Below are positions 58,494-64,000 of a DNA stretch of 64,000 nt, piece by piece. The notes under the pieces were generated by a model. That model was not told where the DNA came from. It ran no database searches and worked only from the letters and a program-made list of their open reading frames with translations. The stretch covers positions 404,138 to 468,137 of the forward strand of contig CAVZON010000006.1 of the NCBI GenBank assembly GCA_963776925.1, in the 5' to 3' direction. The number at the start of each line of letters is the position of its first letter. The stretch's first letter is position 1. The position numbers and the translations under genes are program-made. Source of the stretch: an uncultured Chloroflexia bacterium (GTDB taxonomy: Bacteria; Chloroflexota; Limnocylindria; Limnocylindrales; CSP1-4).

Positions 58494-60245
58494 ATGACCA
58501 GGACTGATTCGTTCGTGGTCGGGACCCTGGTCGTGCTGCTCGCCATCGTCGCGGGCCTCATCGGTGTCCCGGCCATCCAGGCCGCATTCGCGCCTGCCTC
58601 CGCGCCGTCCCGACCGGGCGACATGGACGCCCTGGGCTCGCGAGCCTACGTCGAAGGCATCATCGGCGCCCCGGTGTCGGTCTCGCCGCTGACCGCGCGC
58701 ACCCAGGTCGATCGCGACCTTGTGGCGCTGGTCTTCTCGGGTCTTGTGCGCAACGGCCCGGGCGGCACGATCGTGCCGGACCTTGCCGAGAGCTGGTCGG
58801 TCGATCCGACGGGGAAGGCGTGGACCGTCGCCCTGCGCGACGACGCCCGCTGGCACGACGGGGAGCCGGTCACCTCGGCCGACGTCGCGTTCACCATCAA
58901 GACCCTCCAGGATCCGGCGTACAGCGGCCCATCCGCGTCGTCGTGGAGCGAGGTCACCGTATCGACGCCCACGCCACGGGTCGTGGTCTTCACGCTGGCC
59001 AATCCGCTCGGCGGCTTCATGCAGGCCCTGACCCAGCCGATCGCGCCGGTCCACCTGCTGGGCGACGTCCCGGTCGACCTGCTGCCCGATCACCCGTTCG
59101 GCACGCAGCCGATCGGCTCCGGGCCGTTCTCGCTGACCGAGCTGACGTCGACCTCCGCCATCCTGGCGCCGGCGGTGCCGGCCCCCGTCGATACGGAGGA
59201 AGGGGAGGCGCTACCCGATCCGTCGGCCGCGGCGACCGACTCCCTGACGACGGCCCCGCCCACCGCACGGCCGCAGCGACCGCTGCCGTACCTGTCGGGG
59301 ATGGCGTTCCGCTTCTACACCGACCCCGATGCGCTCGCGGCCGACTACCGCGCGGGCATCCTCGACGCGGCGTCCGGGATCTCGCCGCAGCTCGCCGCGG
59401 AGCTCGGTTCACTGCCCGACAGCCGCCTGCTGCGGTATCCCGGGTCGACCCTGACCACGGTCCTCGTCAACCTGCGCGCAGGACACCCCGAGTTCGCCGA
59501 TCCCAAGGTCCGCGCCGCCCTCCTCCAGTCGATCGACCGGCCCGCGATCATCGAGGGCGCGTACGCGAGTTCCGCGGCGACCGCTGCCGGCCTCATCCCG
59601 GCCGCCTCGCCATGGTTCGACCCGGCCGCCGATACCCTGGTGCCGTTCGACCGCCCCGCTGCCGCCAAGGCCCTCAAGGCCGCCGGATGGACCAAGAAGG
59701 ACGACGGCTGGTACCTCAAGGATGCCAAGAAGCCGCTCAGCATCGAGCTGCTCAGCCCGACGATGGGCGTCAATCCGGGGCTGTACGCGGCGGCCGCTGG
59801 CGTCGCCGCCGACTGGACGGCCCTCGGGCTCGACGTCGACCACGTCGCCCTGCCGCCGGGCGAGCTCGTGACCGATCACCTCGCCACCGGCGACTTCCAG
59901 GTCGCGGTCGTCGACGTCCTCATCGGGCTCGATCCGGACCTCTACCCGCTGCTCGCCTCGAGCCAGACCCTGAGCGGCCGCTCCAACGTGGCCGGGATCC
60001 AGAGCCCGGTCCTCGACGACCTGCTCCGCAAGGCCCGTGCACCCGGGACGGACGCCGAGCGGAAGGCCGCCTACAGCGCGCTCCAGAAGCAGCTGGCGAG
60101 CCTTCGCTACCTGCTGCCGCTGGCGTTCGCCGACGAGGTCGTGGTGGCTCGCGACACGCTCGAGGGACCCATCGTCCGCCAGGTCACGGACCGGTCGGAC
60201 CGATTTTGGGATGTGCTAACATGGCGCCTCGCCGACGACCGGTAA
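58494..60245 (+). CDS. ABC transporter substrate-binding protein, family 5 (peptide/nickel Opp/Dpp-like), intact
   Basis: 583 aa from ATG 58494. N-terminal TM/signal anchor. VPDLAESWSVDPTGKAWTVALRDDARWHDGEPVTSADVAFT, GSGPFSL, DFQVAVVD. Confidence 0.85.
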   Translation: MTRTDSFVVGTLVVLLAIVAGLIGVPAIQAAFAPASAPSRPGDMDALGSRAYVEGIIGAPVSVSPLTARTQVDRDLVALVFSGLVRNGPGGTIVPDLAESWSVDPTGKAWTVALRDDARWHDGEPVTSADVAFTIKTLQDPAYSGPSASSWSEVTVSTPTPRVVVFTLANPLGGFMQALTQPIAPVHLLGDVPVDLLPDHPFGTQPIGSGPFSLTELTSTSAILAPAVPAPVDTEEGEALPDPSAAATDSLTTAPPTARPQRPLPYLSGMAFRFYTDPDALAADYRAGILDAASGISPQLAAELGSLPDSRLLRYPGSTLTTVLVNLRAGHPEFADPKVRAALLQSIDRPAIIEGAYASSAATAAGLIPAASPWFDPAADTLVPFDRPAAAKALKAAGWTKKDDGWYLKDAKKPLSIELLSPTMGVNPGLYAAAAGVAADWTALGLDVDHVALPPGELVTDHLATGDFQVAVVDVLIGLDPDLYPLLASSQTLSGRSNVAGIQSPVLDDLLRKARAPGTDAERKAAYSALQKQLASLRYLLPLAFADEVVVARDTLEGPIVRQVTDRSDRFWDVLTWRLADDR

Positions 60246-60262
60246 CGGTCGGAGGGGTCCGT

Positions 60263-60349
60263 GCCGAGGTGGCGGAATAGGCAGACGCGCTGGTTTCAGG
60301 TACCAGTGGCCGCAAGGTCGTGTGGGTTCAAGTCCCTCCCTCGGTACCA
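60263..60349 (+). tRNA. tRNA-Leu (anticodon CAG)
   Basis: Acceptor GCCGAGG/CCTCGGT (G1-U72), anticodon stem CTGGT/ACCAG with loop TTCAGGT, long variable arm, T loop TTCAAGT (one U-U mismatch in the T stem as assembled), encoded CCA. Confidence 0.88.
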
Positions 60350-60380
60350 TTTCCCTCGGATCTCCTCCCCGGTGACACCT

Positions 60381-60465
60381 GCCCAGGTGGCGGAATTGGT
60401 ATACGCGTACGTTTGAGGGGCGTATGAGGCAACTCATCCGGGTTCAAGTCCCGGCCTGGGCACCA
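60381..60465 (+). tRNA. tRNA-Leu (anticodon GAG)
   Basis: Acceptor GCCCAGG/CCTGGGC, anticodon loop TTGAGGG, long variable arm, T arm CCGGG-TTCAAGT-CCCGG, encoded CCA. Confidence 0.9.
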
Positions 60466-60477
60466 ACCACGCACTGC

Positions 60478-60502
60478 AACGACCGCCGACGAGGCGGTCG
60501 TT
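60478..60502 (+). other. 10-bp stem hairpin between tRNA-Leu(GAG) and tRNA-Val (terminator or processing signal)
   Basis: AACGACCGCC-gacga-GGCGGTCGTT. Confidence 0.3.
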
Positions 60503-60533
60503 CTCGTTCCCGCGGTGTAGGCTGCGGGCGCCC

Positions 60534-60610
60534 GGGCGGTTAGCTCAGCTGGTCAGAGCGCCTCGCTTACACCGAGGATGTCGGGGGTTCGAGTCCCTCA
60601 CCGCCCACCA
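60534..60610 (+). tRNA. tRNA-Val (anticodon TAC)
   Basis: Acceptor GGGCGGT/ACCGCCC, D arm TAGCTCAGCTGGTCAGAGC, anticodon stem CCTCG/CGAGG with loop CTTACAC, T arm GGGGG-TTCGAGT-CCCTC, encoded CCA. Confidence 0.92.
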
Positions 60611-60747
60611 CATCTCGTGCACGAACATGGCCCCGGACGGGCGTCGGTCCGGTGCTTCTCCGGTCGTGCTGCGACGCAGCGCAACGGTCGCCTCCTATGC
60701 TCCGCCGACAGCCGGGGACCTTGTTGAGAGCCGGGAAGGGGAGCGTG

Positions 60748-61260
60748 ATGCGGAAGCACTTGCTGGCGATGCCGATCCTCATGGCCGTTCTGGTTGCGGG
60801 AGCGGCCGCATGTGGCGCCCAGGCTCCCGATCTCGTGACTGAAGAGGTGGAGCCGGGCGTCGAGCGCATCACAAGCGATGGTGCGGGTCACGACCTGGAA
60901 GAGCGACACCCGGATTTTCGTTACGACATGGACGATATCTTCGTTTCGCCCGACGGCACGGTCTGGGTAAGTAGCTCGTACAGGGACACCGATAACGACG
61001 CCAATCCTCCGGGTGGGCTCGTGTGGGCGCTCGGTACGTCCGATACGCCCCAGTACCCCGCCTCGGGCTTCTGCTTCCCCGGCAAGGTCGAACAGCCAGA
61101 AGCCCCGGGCGTCACGTGCTTCAAGGATGGGGCCGACACCCCGACCAGGTACCTCGAAGGCACCCAGATCAACGCCGTCGCGGCTGCACCGGATGGGACC
61201 TTCTGGGCGGTGGGCGCCGACGGCGCCGAGAACGGAGGTCTCTACCACATCACGCCCTAG
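60748..61260 (+). CDS. Putative lipoprotein, unknown function; visibly lower GC than surroundings
   Basis: RBS GGGAAGGGGA. MRKHLLAMPILMAVLVAGAAAC (lipobox). Many A/T-ending codons (gat, ttt, gtt, gta, agt, aac) that are rare elsewhere in the window. Confidence 0.65.
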   Translation: MRKHLLAMPILMAVLVAGAAACGAQAPDLVTEEVEPGVERITSDGAGHDLEERHPDFRYDMDDIFVSPDGTVWVSSSYRDTDNDANPPGGLVWALGTSDTPQYPASGFCFPGKVEQPEAPGVTCFKDGADTPTRYLEGTQINAVAAAPDGTFWAVGADGAENGGLYHITP

Positions 61261-61286
61261 TGACGCATCGCTCGACGCGACAGACG

Positions 61287-61314
61287 GAGGCCCGTCCCGC
61301 AAGGGGCGGGCCTC
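61287..61314. terminator. 12-bp stem, GCAA-loop hairpin between convergent genes (bidirectional terminator candidate)
   Basis: GAGGCCCGTCCC-gcaa-GGGGCGGGCCTC (one G-U pair) followed by TTC. Confidence 0.5.
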
Positions 61315-61388
61315 TTCACTGGCTACATCACACCAGCGTCGCTCGACGTGGTCGCCAAGCCCCGACCCGGCACCTGACGCGCTGACGC

Positions 61389-61718
61389 CTACGGCGACCC
61401 GGGTCGACAGCCGAACGCGAGGACGTCGAGGGTGCGTTCGACCAGCGCAGACTCGTCGAGTTCGACCGCCAGCCGTGCACGCACCTCGGGCGAACGGCTG
61501 GCCTCGTATGCGCGGCACGCGGCCTCGTCCTCCCAGACCCAGACGCCGATACCCGTGTCTGGATCGGTCGTGTCGGTCGCCAACAGCCGGGCGACGAGGC
61601 CCGGGACATCCGGGGTCGGCGCCGACCTGACCGCATCACCCATGCCGAGCGCCGCCAGCGACGCTCGGACGCCGGGGCGATACCGCCACCCGGTGAACAG
61701 CTGCACGAACATGGTCAC
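61389..61718 (-). CDS. Hypothetical protein (possibly ABM/Dabb-like small alpha-beta fold)
   Basis: 109-aa intact ORF MTMFVQLFTGWRYRPG...GIGVWVWEDEAACRAYEAS. Weak resemblance to antibiotic-biosynthesis-monooxygenase-like proteins; not verified. Confidence 0.4.
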   Translation of the reverse strand: MTMFVQLFTGWRYRPGVRASLAALGMGDAVRSAPTPDVPGLVARLLATDTTDPDTGIGVWVWEDEAACRAYEASRSPEVRARLAVELDESALVERTLDVLAFGCRPGSP

Positions 61719-61912
61719 TCCGTCTCGATGACCCCGGCGCAGTGGCGTCTGGGGGATCGCCGCGTGCCGGGGTCTACCCCAGCCTAGTCACCCCTCGGTC
61801 GCGCGGCGTTTCGACATCCCGACCGGAGGTCACCGTTCTCGATGTGTCAAGACGCTCGTTCGTTACGCTGCAGATCGTCGGGGGGCGCCTCGTCACCCGG
61901 GAGCTGCCGCCG

Positions 61913-62812
61913 ATGTCCACCGTGCTCGACGATGTCCTGATCCTTTCCGACGGCCGACATCTCGGCTATCGGGTGCGCGGCGATCGGACGGCCGTGCCGA
62001 TCCTCCACTTCCACGGGCAGCCCGGCAGCCGACTCGAGGCAGACATCTTTCCGGACGATGCCCTGGACGCGGCCGACGCCAAGGTCGGCTGCTACGACCG
62101 ACCCGGCATGGGCCGCAGCGACCTGACCAAGGCCCGCGACATGGTGGACGACCTCCCCGACGCGATCGCCCTCCTCGACCACCTCGGCATCGGGCAGGTC
62201 GGGGTCAGCGGCTGGTCGGCCGGCGGACCCTGGGCATTCGCCTTCGCCGCGACATATCCGGATCGCGTCGTCCGCGTGGTGCCGATCGCCGCATCGGGTC
62301 CGTACGACGAAGGGTCGGAGCCGTACATGCACGACGACGACATCGAGGAGATGCGCGACATGCGGACGCGCAGCGCCGAGGTGAACCTCCAGGGCTACGA
62401 GAGCGACTCGGTCACGGATGCTCAAGGACATCGATGCGGAGTTGTCGACATGGCTTGCCGACTACCCGGCACCGGAGCGCGAGTGGGCGACCCACGGGCC
62501 TGGCAAGACCATCCTCCACGTCGAGGCAGCCGCCGCGTTCGCCCAGGGGCGTCTGGCATCCTCCGCGAGAGCGAGGTGCGGGCGCTCCCATGGTCATTCG
62601 ATCCGTCGACCATCCGCTGCCCGGTGCGGGCGTTCCACGGGGATCGCGACTCGTCCGAGCGGCTGGACAACCTCGAGCGGATCCTGGCACAGATCCCCGA
62701 CGCCTCGGTCACGGTCTATCCGGGCGGCGGCCACATCTCGCCGCTCCTCCATCCCGAGCAGCTCCTCGCGGCGGCGACCGGGGAGCGTCCTGCGAGCGAA
62801 TCGCGTCGGTAG
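61913..62812 (+). CDS. Alpha/beta hydrolase fold protein; two frame breaks
   Basis: ATG 61913. PILHFHGQPGSRLE, nucleophile elbow VSGWSAGG, C-terminal PVRAFHGDRDS...YPGGGHIS. Breaks near 62410 and 62560. Confidence 0.75.
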   Translation: MSTVLDDVLILSDGRHLGYRVRGDRTAVPILHFHGQPGSRLEADIFPDDALDAADAKVGCYDRPGMGRSDLTKARDMVDDLPDAIALLDHLGIGQVGVSGWSAGGPWAFAFAATYPDRVVRVVPIAASGPYDEGSEPYMHDDDIEEMRDMRTRSAEVNLQGYESDSVTDAQGHRCGVVDMACRLPGTGARVGDPRAWQDHPPRRGSRRVRPGASGILRESEVRALPWSFDPSTIRCPVRAFHGDRDSSERLDNLERILAQIPDASVTVYPGGGHISPLLHPEQLLAAATGERPASESRR

Positions 62813-62813
62813 C

Positions 62814-63011
62814 TCAGAGGTCCCCGCCGGGCGCGTGCTCGGTGGACGGCTCGCCGCCCTGCTCCTCGACGGCCTCTGTCGGTGCGCTCTCCGGTGCCTG
62901 CCCGGGGCGTAGTGCGTCCTCCGGCCGACCCGTCGGCCGGCCGTCAGCCCGCTCACGGTCGGGGTCCCGGACGTCCTGCGGCCGCTCGTAGTCCTGGCGC
63001 TCCTCGGTCAT
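62814..63011 (-). CDS. Small acidic, low-complexity (hydrophilin-like) protein
   Basis: 65 aa MTEERQDYERPQDVRDPDRERADG.... ATG overlaps the upstream gene's stop (ATGA). Coding status rests mainly on that coupling. Confidence 0.4.
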   Translation of the reverse strand: MTEERQDYERPQDVRDPDRERADGRPTGRPEDALRPGQAPESAPTEAVEEQGGEPSTEHAPGGDL

Positions 63012-63205
63012 CGGTCCTGCCCTGCCTCTCGATGTCGATCGAACTCGGTCCTGTCCTCCTCGGCGCCGAGCTCGCCAGGGACACCAGGGGCGGCATCATG
63101 CGCCGCCACTCGCTCGTCCCCGGACTTGACGCCACCGGGCATGGAGTCCGCTTCCCGCTCCGGCTGCTGGCCGACGTAAGTGCCCGGATCCTGCTCGCCG
63201 CTCAT
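63008..63205 (-). CDS. Small acidic, low-complexity (hydrophilin-like) protein
   Basis: 65 aa from ATG 63205 MSGEQDPGTYVGQQPEREADS.... ATGA overlap with the upstream helical-protein gene. Confidence 0.4.
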   Translation of the reverse strand: MSGEQDPGTYVGQQPEREADSMPGGVKSGDERVAAHDAAPGVPGELGAEEDRTEFDRHREAGQDR

Positions 63206-63702
63206 GCCGCGGCGCTCGCGATCTTGACGGCGTAGTCGGCGAGCTCGGTCGTGAGCGCCTCGCAACTCGCCTTCTGGGCCTTCTGGAAGGCGCTCGCTGC
63301 GTCGCGCAGCTTGGTGTCCTTCTGGTCGCGCGCGATGGCCAGCATCCCGCCGGCCGAGTCCATCTGCTTGCGCTTGAGGTTGAGCAGGACCGCGTGGGCC
63401 TCGTAGAAGTCGCTGTCGGCACCCTCCTCGGTGGCGGTCGACAGGGTCTCCTCCATCAGCTCTTTGAGACCACCCGCCACGTCTTCGACCTTGCCCGTCG
63501 CGTCGTGCTGCTTGCCCAGGGCCTTGAGCTCGGTGAGGTACGTCTTGTCGTCGTCGAGGCTCGACTTGATCGCCCGTTTGGCGCTGGCCTGAGGATGCTT
63601 CGTCGAGAGCTTGGTCTCGGCATCGACGATCGCCTGCTGGATCGCGATGGCCTCGTCGAACTCGTGGGTGATGAACGCTTCGCCGACCTTGGCTTCGCCC
63701 AT
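63202..63702 (-). CDS. All-helical hypothetical protein (ferritin-like/stress-protein-like?)
   Basis: RBS GGAGGA then ATG 63702. 166 aa MGEAKVGEAFITHEFDEAIAIQQAIVDAETKL...; lower-GC codons; no firm family call. Confidence 0.55.
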   Translation of the reverse strand: MGEAKVGEAFITHEFDEAIAIQQAIVDAETKLSTKHPQASAKRAIKSSLDDDKTYLTELKALGKQHDATGKVEDVAGGLKELMEETLSTATEEGADSDFYEAHAVLLNLKRKQMDSAGGMLAIARDQKDTKLRDAASAFQKAQKASCEALTTELADYAVKIASAAA

Positions 63703-63900
63703 GGTGTCGATCCTCCCCGGGGACTCGCGCGGTCCGGCGGACCGCAGTGGCGCAAGCCTCAGCCCGCGACCGTGTCGGGCAGGACGGTGGAGCGCCGCGC
63801 CCCCGCTACAAGCGTCTTGCGTCCGAACCGACGACAGGGTCGATGTCACCGTCGGCCATGCGCGCGTCGGGCTAGACTGCGCGCCGATACGAGGAGCGCG

Positions 63901-64000
63901 GATGATCCTCCCCAAGGTCCGGGATCCCAGGTTCATCACCGTGCGTCGCGGCGGCAGCCTCCAGGACGACGATCACCGCCTGCTTGCGGTGTGGGCCGCC
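63901..64000 (+). CDS. Hypothetical protein, 5' part (continues beyond window); N-terminus resembles Imm5-like putative immunity-domain proteins
   Basis: TAGACT (63873-63878), RBS GAGGAG, ATG 63901. MILPKVRDPRFITVRRGGSLQDDDHRLLAVWAA. Family resemblance is from memory only. Confidence 0.45.

Noticed and set aside
60611-64000. Genomic island integrated at tRNA-Val
   Set aside because: No integrase, recombinase or att-like repeat of the tRNA 3' end was found. Only the first gene has visibly lower GC. It is kept as a low-interest note only.

Overview
Very GC-rich bacterial window, mostly housekeeping, with gene order typical of Actinomycetota-like genomes (inference from synteny and from whiA/rapZ/yvcK). 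Left to right: secreted repeat protein (3' part), dnaE, methyltransferase, TerB-like plus lipoprotein, amidohydrolase, ROK regulator with a Mgl/Rbs-type sugar ABC operon and oxidoreductase. Then a metallothionein-like gene with a histidine kinase and response regulator, gdh, tRNA-Leu, an ECF sigma with two anti-sigma paralogs, and polA-mutM-abcF-coaE. An isolated tadE-tadG-cpaB module follows, then uvrB, uvrA, two small unknown genes, a UvrD-like helicase, a 5'-nucleotidase and a HYR-domain protein. The long final + strand run is uvrC-secD-secF-recJ-tolB-like-pyrF-tatA-tatC-rapZ-yvcK-whiA-tpiA-gpmI-secG-peptide SBP, three tRNAs (Leu, Leu, Val) and a few small accessory genes. Many genes are linked by ATGA/GTGA start-stop overlaps. 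The dominant oddity is technical-looking. Conserved proteins can often be followed only by hopping between reading frames. By my manual trace there are about 35 hops in dnaE, they are dense up to about 16 kb, and they occur roughly once per 2 kb afterwards. I give full reconstructed gene spans and type them CDS, noting the breaks. I found no CRISPR array, IS element, integrase, reverse transcriptase or recognisable defence or toxin system, and I cannot point to a convincing novel system. The best leads are: (1) two tandem anti-sigma paralogs with a 300-nt near-identical core; (2) a SmtA/BmtA-like metallothionein gene with a transmembrane-less kinase/regulator pair and a CATGAAC repeat array facing gdh; (3) the orphan tad module between coaE and uvrB; (4) an SOS box and apparently leaderless promoters at uvrA/uvrB/uvrC.
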